A stretch of DNA of 64,000 bases from Vicinamibacterales bacterium (GTDB lineage Bacteria; Acidobacteriota; Vicinamibacteria; Vicinamibacterales; UBA8438), in contig OZ241843.1 in assembly GCA_965202695.1 (NCBI GenBank), positions 4,712,662 to 4,776,661 of the forward strand, given 5' to 3'. The translations under genes were made by a program, and so were the position numbers. Position 1 is the first letter of the stretch, and each line of letters begins with the position of its first letter. This document shows, piece after piece, positions 1 to 12,557 of this stretch. The notes under the pieces were generated by a model, which was given only the letters and a program-made list of their open reading frames with translations, was not told where the DNA came from and searched no databases.

Positions 1-1
1 A

Positions 2-676
2 GACGCGGGGCCGATCCTGAAGGCGGGGTCGCAGGCGATCTTCCCGTCGACGCACGTCCACTCGAACGGCGTCGACACCACCGCCCGGATCGAGGTCGGG
101 TTCAAGTTCCATCCCCGCGGCTACGAGCCCACGAAGCGGATGGAGCTGCTGTTCTTCGGGAACGGTCCGGACATCGACATCCTGCCGATGCAGGACGACC
201 AGCGGATGGACGCCTACTTCACGCTGCCGGAGAACACGAAGATCAGCGTCTACGAGCCGCACATGCACGCCCCCGGCGTGCGGATGTGCCTGGAGGCGGT
301 GTGGGGCACGACGGTCGAGACCCTCAACTGCTCGGGCTACGACCACAACTGGGTGCGGGTGTACAAGTACGAGGACGACGCGGCGCCGCTGCTGCCCAAG
401 GGCACCATCCTCCACCTGACGGGCTACTTCAACAACACGCCGACCAACCCGAACGTGCCCGACCCGCGCAACTGGTCGGGGTCGGGGCACCGGTCGGTCG
501 ACAACATGTTCATCAACCTGCTGCAGGCGATCTACATGGACGACGAGGAGTTCGCGGCCGAGGTCGCCGAGCGCGAGCGGCTGCGGACGGCGGACGGCCG
601 GGTGGACGTCGGCTGCATCGTGTGCGGGACGGACTTCGCCGAGACGACGGTCGACGTGGACGGCGGCGGGGAATAG
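2..676 (+). CDS. 3' part of a secreted CxxCH/HxH-motif protein (5' end lies outside the window); paralogue of 1797..3275
   Basis: The frame is open from the window edge. The translation (..HVHSNGVDTTARIEVGFKFHPRGYEP..EPHMHAPGVRMCLEAVWG..YEDDAAPLLPKGTILH..) aligns colinearly with the C-terminal half of the 1797..3275 product. Confidence 0.75.
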   Translation, partial: DAGPILKAGSQAIFPSTHVHSNGVDTTARIEVGFKFHPRGYEPTKRMELLFFGNGPDIDILPMQDDQRMDAYFTLPENTKISVYEPHMHAPGVRMCLEAVWGTTVETLNCSGYDHNWVRVYKYEDDAAPLLPKGTILHLTGYFNNTPTNPNVPDPRNWSGSGHRSVDNMFINLLQAIYMDDEEFAAEVAERERLRTADGRVDVGCIVCGTDFAETTVDVDGGGE

Positions 677-775
677 CCGGCGGACAGAAGGCAAGGAGCG
701 CCCCATCGGACGAGGCGTGAGAAAGGGCGCAGCGGGGACTTCCACCACGGGCTGTCAGGCTTCGAGGGCACGAGG

Positions 776-1693
776 ATGTCGCTGAGACCGGCCGGTTACC
801 TGTCGCCGTCCCGCGGGGCGGCGTTCCTGGCGGCGCTGGCGGCGCTGGCGGCGGCGCCCGAGAGCCGCGCGCAGCAGTCGTTCGCCTCCGGGCAAAGCAT
901 CTCGCCCGCCTACGAGGGGTGGGTGCGGAACGACGACGGGTCGTTCGACCTGGTGTTCGGGTACATGAACCGGAACTGGGAACAGGTGGTGAACGTGCCG
1001 GCCGGACCGGACAACGCCATCGAGCCGGGGGGGCCGGACCGGGGCCAGCCGACGCGCTTCCAGCCGCGCCGCAACCGGTTCGTGTTCCGCGTCCGGGTGC
1101 CGGCCGACTTCGGCGACGGGGAGCTGGTCTGGACCCTCACCGCGAACGGACGGACCCAACGCGCCTACGCGACGCTGAAGCGCGACTACTACATCGACGA
1201 CCTCGTGATACAGGCGAACTTCGGGGCGGCGGGGGCCGCCGGTTCGACCCCCGAGCTGGCCGGCAACGCCGCCCCCGTGCTGACCGTCGAGGGCGGGCGC
1301 GCGCGCACCGTGCGGGTGGGCGAACCGCTGGCGCTGGCCGCGTCGGTCACCGACGACGACGTGCCGCGGGCGCGCCCCCTGGCCCCCACCGACCCCCGGC
1401 GGCCGGGCCGCATCACCACCGACACCGCCACCGGCCTGCGGTTCTCGTGGTTCGTCTACCGGGGCGCGGGCGGCGCGGTCTTCGACCCGCCGCAGATCGC
1501 GACGTGGGAAGACACCCGGGTCGGGCGCGACTCGCCCTGGTCGCCGGGCTGGTCTGCGCCGGACCCGCCGGAGGACGGCCGCTGGGAGACCCGGGTCACG
1601 TTCAGCCGGCCCGGCGGCTACGTGCTGCGCGCCCTCGCCCACGACGGCGGCCTTCAGGACTACGAGGACGTGACCGTGACCGTGACCCCGTAG
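776..1693 (+). CDS. secreted hypothetical protein, partner of the upstream CxxCH/HxH protein; paralogue of 3272..4285
   Basis: Has an N-terminal signal-like segment (AAFLAALAALAAAPESRAQ). The conserved block SISPAYEGWVRNDDGSFDLVFGYMNRNWE..RGQPT.F.PRRN.F.F is shared with 3272..4285. Confidence 0.7.
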   Translation: MSLRPAGYLSPSRGAAFLAALAALAAAPESRAQQSFASGQSISPAYEGWVRNDDGSFDLVFGYMNRNWEQVVNVPAGPDNAIEPGGPDRGQPTRFQPRRNRFVFRVRVPADFGDGELVWTLTANGRTQRAYATLKRDYYIDDLVIQANFGAAGAAGSTPELAGNAAPVLTVEGGRARTVRVGEPLALAASVTDDDVPRARPLAPTDPRRPGRITTDTATGLRFSWFVYRGAGGAVFDPPQIATWEDTRVGRDSPWSPGWSAPDPPEDGRWETRVTFSRPGGYVLRALAHDGGLQDYEDVTVTVTP

Positions 1694-1796
1694 CCGTTCC
1701 GAGGCCGTGCGCCGCGCGCCCCGGGGCGGCGGGCGCACGAGGCGGCGGGCGCGAGGCGCGAGGCGCGGGCGCCCGGTCTTTCGAGGGAGTGCTCCG

Positions 1797-3275
1797 ATGT
1801 TCAACAGACGATTCGTTCCGGCCGCCGCCGCCGTCCTGCTGGCGCCGGCCGCCGCCGGCGCCCAGTCGCTCGCGGGCGCCGACCCGCGCCCCGAGGTGCA
1901 TCTGTACGACGCGGCCGACTTCGGCATCGACCCGGAGACGGTCACGTTCTCGAAGGACGTCGCGCCGATCCTGCAGCGGAGCTGCCAGTCGTGCCACCGG
2001 CCCGACGGGGGCGCCCCGATGCCCCTCGTGACCTACGAGCAGGTGCGGCCGTGGGCGCGGTCGATCAAGCTGCGGACGGCCATCCGCGACCGGCAGGGGG
2101 CGATGCCGCCGTTCTACGTCGAGAAGGACATCGGCATCCTCGCGTTCAAGAACGACCCGTCGCTGAGCGACGAGGAGCTCGCGAAGATCCAGGCCTGGGC
2201 CGACCACGGGGCGCCGCGGGGCGACCCCGACGACCTGCCTCCGCCCCTCGAGTTCGCGGAGGCCGGGGCGTGGACGCTCGGCCCGCCGGACCTCGTGCTG
2301 CGGTCGCCCGAGGTGACGCGCCCCGCGATCGCCCCCGACTGGTGGGGCGATCTGGGGCTGGTGCCGACGGGGCTCGCCGAAGACCGCTACGTGAAGTCGG
2401 TCGAGGTCCGCGAGGTCAACGACATTCCGGCGGACACCGGTTCCGACACCGTCGGCGGACGCTACGTCTTCCACCACATGACCTACTCCAGCGGGGTGCT
2501 GAACGACGAGGGTACGGGCATCGTCGAAGACACCCGCACCCGCTGGCCGATCCACGAGGTCGGGCGCAACGCCGACATCTTCCCCGAGAAGTTCGGCACC
2601 CTGCTGCAAGCCGGTTCGGCGCTGCATCTCCGGGCCAGCCACCTGCACTCGAACGGCATCCAGGAGACCACCGCGCATCTCGAGTTCGGGTTCCGGTTCC
2701 ACCCGAAGGGCTACGAGCCGGAGTACGGCGCCCGGGCGCGGGTGCGGCTCGGCAACGGCAACGACATCGACGTGGCGCCGGGGCGGGCGGACCAGGAATT
2801 GCACGCCTTCGAGGTGCTCGAGCAGCACACCAAGCTCGTCGCGTTCGAGCCGCATCTGCACGCGCCGGGGACCCGGATGTGCATCGAGGCGATCTGGGGC
2901 AACAACCACTTCACCCTCAACTGCGTGGGGTACGACCACAGTTGGGTGAAGCAGTACGTCTACGAGGACGACGCGGCGCCGCTGCTGCCGAAGGGCACCA
3001 TCCTCCACATCGTCGGCTTCCTCGACACCACCGCGGGCAACCGGAACCTCGCCGACAGCCGGAACTGGGCGGGCGGGGGCCGGCGTTCGGTCGCCAACAT
3101 GTTCATCGACCTCGGCTACGCGGTAGAGCTGACCGAAGAGCAGTTCCAGGCCGAGATGGCCGAGCGGCGCGCCCGCATGAAGAGCCGCAACGCCTACGAC
3201 GTCGGGTGCCCGTTGTGCTGGGCGGAGATACCGGCGGCGGAGGCGGCGGCGACCGAGGACGGCGGACAGGAATGA
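1797..3275 (+). CDS. secreted heme-c-motif protein with a C-terminal HxH...M region (possible PHM/DBH-like copper monooxygenase fold)
   Basis: GAGGGA lies upstream of the ATG at 1797. Signal peptide MFNRRFVPAAAAVLLAPAAAGAQS. CxxCH motif CQSCHRPDG. C-terminal EPHLHAPGTRMC. The fold assignment is from memory of the family, not computed. Confidence 0.7.
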   Translation: MFNRRFVPAAAAVLLAPAAAGAQSLAGADPRPEVHLYDAADFGIDPETVTFSKDVAPILQRSCQSCHRPDGGAPMPLVTYEQVRPWARSIKLRTAIRDRQGAMPPFYVEKDIGILAFKNDPSLSDEELAKIQAWADHGAPRGDPDDLPPPLEFAEAGAWTLGPPDLVLRSPEVTRPAIAPDWWGDLGLVPTGLAEDRYVKSVEVREVNDIPADTGSDTVGGRYVFHHMTYSSGVLNDEGTGIVEDTRTRWPIHEVGRNADIFPEKFGTLLQAGSALHLRASHLHSNGIQETTAHLEFGFRFHPKGYEPEYGARARVRLGNGNDIDVAPGRADQELHAFEVLEQHTKLVAFEPHLHAPGTRMCIEAIWGNNHFTLNCVGYDHSWVKQYVYEDDAAPLLPKGTILHIVGFLDTTAGNRNLADSRNWAGGGRRSVANMFIDLGYAVELTEEQFQAEMAERRARMKSRNAYDVGCPLCWAEIPAAEAAATEDGGQE

Positions 3276-4285
3276 CGCGCGCGGCTCGGCGTGGCGTCGG
3301 CGTCTCTCTGCTGCTGGCGTCAATCGTCCTGCTCGCGGCGCCGGGCGGGCCGTCCGGCGCCGAGGGCCAGACCCGCTTCATGTACCTGCGGGGGCAGAGC
3401 ATCCACCCCGCGTACGAAGGCTGGTGGCCCAACGACGACGGTTCGTTCACCCTCTGGTTCGGGTACATGAACTCGAACTGGGAAGAGGAGTTCGACGTGC
3501 CGGTCGGGCCCGACAACTACTTCGCGGTCGCCGCGCCCCGCACCCTCGACGACCTCGCCGTCGACGCGTACGACCCGGACGACGCCGACCGCGGCCAGCC
3601 GACCCACTTCTACCCCCGGCGGAACCCGTTCCTGTTCACCGTCGAGGCGCCCGCCGACTTCGGGGACCGGGAGCTCGTCTGGACGCTCACGAGCCACGGA
3701 CGGACCAACCGCGCCTACGCGACCCTGGCCGCCGACTACCGCATGGACCCCCAGGTGATGTCCACCGAGGTGGGCGGCGCGTTCGGCAGCCTCGACGACC
3801 GGCTGCGCACCAACCTGCCGCCGGACCTCGCCGTCGACGGCGCCGCCCGCCGGCAGGCGGCGGTCGGGGAACGGCTGACCCTCGCCGCGTGGGCCGACGA
3901 CCCGGACGACTTCCCGCCGCGTTCGGACCGGGGCGGGCCGCCCGAGACCCTCGAAGAGTTGTACAGCACCGACGGCGTCGGTTCGTCGGTCGTCAGCAGC
4001 GCCCCCGGGCTGCGGCTTTCGTGGATCGTCTACCGGGGCGCCGCCGCGCACGTCACCTTCGCGCCCGAGCAGATGAAGGCGTGGATGGACACCCGGGTCT
4101 GGGCGAACTCGCCCTGGTCTCCCCCCTACGTCCTGCCGGAACCGCCTCCCGGCAACCGGTGGACGACCGACGTCACCTTCGACCGCCCCGGCGACTACGT
4201 GCTCCGGGCGGTGGCCAGCGACGGCTCCCGGTTCACGTACGCCGACGTGGTGGTGCGGGTGACCGCGGGCGGCTCGCAGCCGTAG
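3272..4285 (+). CDS. secreted hypothetical protein, partner paralogue of 776..1693
   Basis: Its ATG overlaps the upstream stop (ATGA at 3272-3275). Signal-like N-terminus (VSLLLASIVLLAAPGGPSGAEG). Carries the conserved SIHPAYEGWWPNDDGSFTLWFGYMNSNWE block. Confidence 0.7.
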   Translation: MTRAARRGVGVSLLLASIVLLAAPGGPSGAEGQTRFMYLRGQSIHPAYEGWWPNDDGSFTLWFGYMNSNWEEEFDVPVGPDNYFAVAAPRTLDDLAVDAYDPDDADRGQPTHFYPRRNPFLFTVEAPADFGDRELVWTLTSHGRTNRAYATLAADYRMDPQVMSTEVGGAFGSLDDRLRTNLPPDLAVDGAARRQAAVGERLTLAAWADDPDDFPPRSDRGGPPETLEELYSTDGVGSSVVSSAPGLRLSWIVYRGAAAHVTFAPEQMKAWMDTRVWANSPWSPPYVLPEPPPGNRWTTDVTFDRPGDYVLRAVASDGSRFTYADVVVRVTAGGSQP

Positions 4286-4300
4286 CGGTCCGCGGGCGGT

Positions 4301-4993
4301 TTACAGGCTGAGCCAGAGCACGGCGGCGCCGCTGGCGGCGGCGACGAAGCCGGCGGCGGCGTGCGCGGACCGGCCGCCGGCCAGTCCCGGCCGGCCGAGC
4401 CAGCCCATGCCGTACCAGGCGGCGGCGACCGCGGCCAGCATGACCCCGATCGTCAGGATGCCGAAGACCGCGGCCACGGCCGCGACGGCCACCCAGTCGC
4501 CGGCCAGCCCCGGCGCCGCCATCAGGGGGATGAGCGGCTCGCACGGGCCGAGCACGAACACCACGAAGAGCGCCCACGCGGTGACGCCGCGGACGTCGCC
4601 CGGTTCGCGCTCTCCCGCTCCTGGCGCCCGGCCGTCCGGGGCGGGCGCCAGCCTCCGCCCGCGGCGGCGCGGCCCCAGGGCCCAGGCCGCGTAGGCGAGG
4701 CCGAAGACGAGCAGCAGGGCCGCCGCCAGCTCGCCGCGCGCCGACTCGACGCGGAGCAGCGAGTCGGTGGCGACGCCGAGGCCGACGCCGGCGGCGCCGA
4801 GCACGACCGACGAGGCGACGTGGCCGGCGCCGCAGACCCCGGTCACCAGCAGCGTCCGGCCGAGCGCCCACCCCCGCGCGCGCCCCAGCGCGGCCAGCGG
4901 CAGCGAGTGGTCGATGCCGATCAGGGTGTGGACGATCGCCAGCGAGGCGGCGGCGCCGAGCAGCACGGTCGTGGTCTGGACGGGGTCGGGCAT
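4301..4993 (-). CDS. polytopic membrane protein, HupE/UreJ- or DsbD_2-like metal-transporter candidate
   Basis: Hydrophobic multi-TM composition. Motifs HTLIGIDHSLPL and GPCEPLIPL. The family call is tentative. Confidence 0.5.
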   Translation of the reverse strand: MPDPVQTTTVLLGAAASLAIVHTLIGIDHSLPLAALGRARGWALGRTLLVTGVCGAGHVASSVVLGAAGVGLGVATDSLLRVESARGELAAALLLVFGLAYAAWALGPRRRGRRLAPAPDGRAPGAGEREPGDVRGVTAWALFVVFVLGPCEPLIPLMAAPGLAGDWVAVAAVAAVFGILTIGVMLAAVAAAWYGMGWLGRPGLAGGRSAHAAAGFVAAASGAAVLWLSL

Positions 4994-5219
4994 CGCGGCC
5001 GGACGGGTTCGAAGCGGCTCGCCGGGGGACGAGAAGCCCGGCGCACCCCCGGCGCAGGCCGGACCGTCAAAGTATACTGTTTCTCCTGGCCGGCCGGGCC
5101 GTCGTCGTCGGGCGGCCGTCGCCGCCCGCGCACTCCTTCGCCGGCCGGCGCCGCGGCGCAGGGAACCATCCGCCCGGCGATCGTCCCCGGCCGGGCGCCC
5201 GGAGATTCACCACGTGCGG

Positions 5220-7097
5220 ATGCGACAGCGTACTGCCGGAGGGTTCGCCGCGGCCGTCGTGCTGGCCGCTTCCGTCGTCGGCGCGGCCGGGCAGGCGCCG
5301 GCCGGGAGGCGCGAGATCGCGGCGGCCGCGGACGCCGGGGCGTCGATGCGCCAGACCGACGATCTGGTCCGGGCGCTGGCGCGGAACGACGAGCTGGTGC
5401 TGGTGTCGCGGACGCCCGACCGGTACCTGCCGGAGCGCGTCCACGAGAGCTTCATCCAGTATCACGGCGGCGTCCCGGTGCAGGGCGGCGGCTTGTCCCG
5501 GCAGCGCGACGGCGGTCTGACCGTTTCGATCTTCGGCACGCTCCACGAGGGGGTCGACGTCGACCCGACGCCGAGGCTGTCGGCGGCCGAGGCGCGGGCG
5601 TTGATCGCGCAGCAGACGGGCGCCGGGCCGGCCACGAGCGAGCCCCCGTCTCTGGTGGTCGTGCCCACCCTCGCCGGCGCCCGGGTCCTCGCGTGGCGCC
5701 TGCCGATGGACGACCGGCGCACGTACTATCTCGACGCCCACCGCGGGAAGATCGCGCACTACGAAAGCAACCTGTCCGAACAGCAGGCGTCGGTGGGGGA
5801 AGGCGCCGGCATCCAGGGTCAGCGCAAGAAGCTGAGCACGTCGGAGAGCGGCGGGCGGTACCTGGCGCACGACCGGTTGCGGCCGGCCGAGATCGTCACC
5901 CTCGACATGCGCTACGACGCGGAGCGCGAGGCCTTTCTCAACACCAATCCGGCGGCGTTCTGGGAACCGGGCGACGTGGCGAGCGACGACGACGACGCCT
6001 GGGGCGACCGGGCGGTGGTCGACGCGCACGTCCACGCGGGTTTCACTTACGACTACTTCGCAACGCGGCACGGCTGGAACGGCATGGACGGCCGGAACGG
6101 CCGGATGATCAGCATGGTGAACATCGGCCGCGGCTTCGCCAACGCGTTCTTCGCCCCGCCGCCGTTCGGCCCGGAGGGAACCGGCGTGGTGGCCTTCGGA
6201 GAATTCGGCGACGGCCGGCCGCTCGTGCCGGCCGACGTCGTCGCCCACGAGATCATGCACGGCGTCACCTTCTTTTCGGTGGCCGCGCGGACCGGCCGGG
6301 GCCTCGGCAACACCGTCTGGGCGTTTCCCGGACCCGCGGAGTTCACCTTTCCCGACGGCCTCACGGTCGATTGCGAGTTTCGCTGGACGTACCGGGATGA
6401 AGCCGGGGTCTGGCCGCTCATCGCCGGCCGCACGGTCCGCTTCGCGTGCGACGACGAAGGGCGGCTCCTGCTGCACGCGGACCATGGGGGCGCCGTGGAC
6501 GAGGCGTACTCCGACATCTTCGGCACCGCCGTCGAGTTCATGGCGCACGAGCCGGCCGTGGGCCCGCTCCGCGCGGACTACGTGATGGGCGAGGACGTCG
6601 AAGCGTGGGGGCGGTCGCTGGAAGATCCGGGATCGTTCCGGCTGGGCCCCGGCATTCCGTACCCGGACGCCTTCAGCCGGATGGTCTGGTTTCTCGTCGA
6701 GGAGTTCGAAGACGACCTTTCGCCCCCCTTCCTGTTCTCGGACATCGGCACCGTCGACGGGGGCCGGACCCTCGTCCGCCTTCCCTCCTACGCCTACAGC
6801 GGCGTCCACTGGAACTCCACCATCCTGAGCCATGCGTTCTATCTGGCCGTCGAAGGCGGGCGGAACCGGACGACCGGACTCGCCGTCAACGGCGTCGGCG
6901 GCGCCGACCGCCTCGACGTCGAGCGCGCCTTCTTCCGCGCGATGACCGTCCTGATGCCGAACTCGACCAGCATGGGGCAGACGGCGGACCTCGTCCGGCA
7001 ATCGGCCGTCGATCTGTTCGGACGCGGCAGCCGCACGCACCGGGCCATCGAAGAAGCGTTCCGCGCCGTCGGCCTCCCGGCGCGTCCCCCCATGTGA
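5220..7097 (+). CDS. M4 (thermolysin-like) zinc metalloprotease, secreted
   Basis: ATG at 5220 is followed by a signal-like AAAVVLAASVVGAAG. HEIMH is at 6246-6260. The third zinc-ligand motif DEAYSDIFG has its Glu codon at 6501. C-terminal AFYLAVEGG.. Confidence 0.85.
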   Translation: MRQRTAGGFAAAVVLAASVVGAAGQAPAGRREIAAAADAGASMRQTDDLVRALARNDELVLVSRTPDRYLPERVHESFIQYHGGVPVQGGGLSRQRDGGLTVSIFGTLHEGVDVDPTPRLSAAEARALIAQQTGAGPATSEPPSLVVVPTLAGARVLAWRLPMDDRRTYYLDAHRGKIAHYESNLSEQQASVGEGAGIQGQRKKLSTSESGGRYLAHDRLRPAEIVTLDMRYDAEREAFLNTNPAAFWEPGDVASDDDDAWGDRAVVDAHVHAGFTYDYFATRHGWNGMDGRNGRMISMVNIGRGFANAFFAPPPFGPEGTGVVAFGEFGDGRPLVPADVVAHEIMHGVTFFSVAARTGRGLGNTVWAFPGPAEFTFPDGLTVDCEFRWTYRDEAGVWPLIAGRTVRFACDDEGRLLLHADHGGAVDEAYSDIFGTAVEFMAHEPAVGPLRADYVMGEDVEAWGRSLEDPGSFRLGPGIPYPDAFSRMVWFLVEEFEDDLSPPFLFSDIGTVDGGRTLVRLPSYAYSGVHWNSTILSHAFYLAVEGGRNRTTGLAVNGVGGADRLDVERAFFRAMTVLMPNSTSMGQTADLVRQSAVDLFGRGSRTHRAIEEAFRAVGLPARPPM

Positions 7098-7221
7098 CCT
7101 GAAGCCGAAGCGATGCCGGCAGTCAACCCGGGAGATCCCGGGTCCGGACGAGGGAGACCGCGGGCCTGACGGTGCTTTGCTCCACCTGCTCGACGCCAAC
7201 GCGCCGGCGCCGCGCGAGGCG

Positions 7222-7941
7222 TCATCCGGCCGTCGGCGGGTCTTCCGCGGGCGGGGGCGCGCCGGCGGCGAGGGCCAGCAGGGCCGCCCACAGCTCGGGG
7301 AGGCCGTCGCCGCGTTTCGCCGAGACCGGCAGCACGGGGTGGGCGAGCGCCTGCTCGTGCGCCCGCAGCCGGCCGCGGCGGGCGGACCGGGCGAGGCGAT
7401 CGATCTTCGTGGCGGCGACGACCAGGGGCACGTCGAGCCCGGTCAGCCAGCCGAGGGCGTTGCGGTCGTTCGCGAGTCCCGGATGCCGGGCGTCGACGAG
7501 CAGCACGGCTCCCTTCGGCCCGGTCCGGCCGGCGGGGCCGCGGTCGCCGGATCGTTCGGACCGGTCGCCGGCGGGGCCGCGGTCGCCGGATCGTTCGGGC
7601 CGGTCGCCGGCGGGGGCGGGACGGCGCCGGAAATAGCGTTCGGTGAGCCGGTCGAAGACCCGCGTGCTCGCGGCCCCGCCGCGGGCGTAGCCATAGCCGG
7701 GCAGGTCGATCAGCAGCAGCTCGCCCCGGCGCCGGGCGAGCACGATGCGGTACACGTTGAGCAGGCGGGTGGTGCCGGGGGCGCCGCCGGCGCGGGCGAT
7801 GCGGCGGCGCGCGAGGGCGTTGATCAGGGTCGACTTGCCGACGTTGGACCGGCCGACGAGGCTGACCTGCGGAAGCCGCGGGTCGGGCAGCGGGCTGTCG
7901 GCGCCGACGCTCGTGACGAACTCGGCCGTCTGAATCTTCAT
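7222..7941 (-). CDS. engB: ribosome-biogenesis GTPase EngB/YsxC/YihA
   Basis: G1 GRSNVGKSTLINAL, G3 DLPGYG, G4 TKIDRL. It lies just downstream of lon, as in Bacillus lonA-ysxC. It contains an in-frame repeat insertion. Confidence 0.9.
   Translation of the reverse strand: MKIQTAEFVTSVGADSPLPDPRLPQVSLVGRSNVGKSTLINALARRRIARAGGAPGTTRLLNVYRIVLARRRGELLLIDLPGYGYARGGAASTRVFDRLTERYFRRRPAPAGDRPERSGDRGPAGDRSERSGDRGPAGRTGPKGAVLLVDARHPGLANDRNALGWLTGLDVPLVVAATKIDRLARSARRGRLRAHEQALAHPVLPVSAKRGDGLPELWAALLALAAGAPPPAEDPPTAG
7522..7616. repeat. 39-bp tandem repeat (about 2.4 copies) inside engB
   Basis: Copies at 7522-7560, 7561-7599 and 7600-7616 (partial). They encode PAGDR(P/S)ERSGDRG 13-mers. Confidence 0.9.
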
Positions 7942-8065
7942 CCGCCGGCGACCGGCGACCCGGGTCCGGCGTCACCCGCTGCCGCGTCCTGCCTTCCGCC
8001 GCCGCTGCCGCGTCCTGCCAGTGCGCCGCGCCCGCCCCTCCGCACCGGGCGCCGGCGCTTCCGCG

Positions 8066-11700
<3,635 letters not shown>

Positions 11701-11829
11701 CTGTCACCCGATGCCCGGCTGTCCGGCCGGACGCGGCGAGTCCCCCCGCCGGCGGCGAAAATCCCCGCGGGAACGCCGCGGCCCGCGAGCAGCCCGGTAT
11801 TCGCGCTGAGACGCGGCGGCGCGCCGGCT

Positions 11830-12432
11830 CTAGGCGCGCCGTGTGACCACTTCGTCAATGATACCGTATTCCCGGCTCTGCTCCGCGGTCATGATGTAGT
11901 CGCGCTCGGTGTCCTCTTCGATGCGCGCCAGGTCCTGGCCGGTGTGCTCCACCAGCAGTTCGTTCAGGCGCGTCCGCATCCGGATGATCTCCCGGGCGTG
12001 GATGTCGATGTCGCTCGCCTGTCCGGCCAGCCCCGACATGAGCGGCTGATGGATGACGATCCGGGAGTTGGGCAGGCTGTAGCGCTTGCCGCGGGCGCCG
12101 GCCGCCAGCAGCACCGCGGCCATCGACGCCGCCTGCCCGATGCAGTAGGTCTGGACGTCGGGCTTGATGAACTGCATCGTGTCGTAGACGGCGAGCCCGG
12201 CCGAGATCGACCCGCCCGGGCTGTTGATGTACAGGACGATGTCGCGGTCCGGGTCTTCCGCCTCGAGGAACAGCAACTGCGCGATCACGACGTTGGCGAT
12301 CGAGTCCTCGATGGGGGTCCCGATGAAGATGATGCTGTCCTTCAGCAGCCGCGAGTAGATGTCGTAGGCGCGCTCGCCCCGGTTGGTCTGCTCGACGACG
12401 ACGGGAATCAGCTGGTCGTGGACCTCGGACAT
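11830..12432 (-). CDS. clpP: ATP-dependent Clp protease proteolytic subunit ClpP
   Basis: [50 protein letters not shown] took the start at the internal ATG (12432) rather than the ORF-track start. Confidence 0.95.
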   Translation of the reverse strand: MSEVHDQLIPVVVEQTNRGERAYDIYSRLLKDSIIFIGTPIEDSIANVVIAQLLFLEAEDPDRDIVLYINSPGGSISAGLAVYDTMQFIKPDVQTYCIGQAASMAAVLLAAGARGKRYSLPNSRIVIHQPLMSGLAGQASDIDIHAREIIRMRTRLNELLVEHTGQDLARIEEDTERDYIMTAEQSREYGIIDEVVTRRA

Positions 12433-12557
12433 GTCCTGGCTCGGAATCTCCGGCCGCCCGGCGGCGCGCGTGCGCCTGCGCCGCGCTGCGCCTCGGGTTC
12501 GTCTCGCCGGCGGATGCGTCGCTGTCGGGGAAATGGCGGCTGGACGAAGGCGCGACG

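Noticed and set aside
5067-7199. 710-aa minus-strand ORF over the M4 protease gene, and a 378-aa ORF (6839..7975) over engB
   Set aside because: These are shadow frames rich in Arg, Pro and Gly. The opposite or alternate frames contain HExxH and the GTPase G-motifs.
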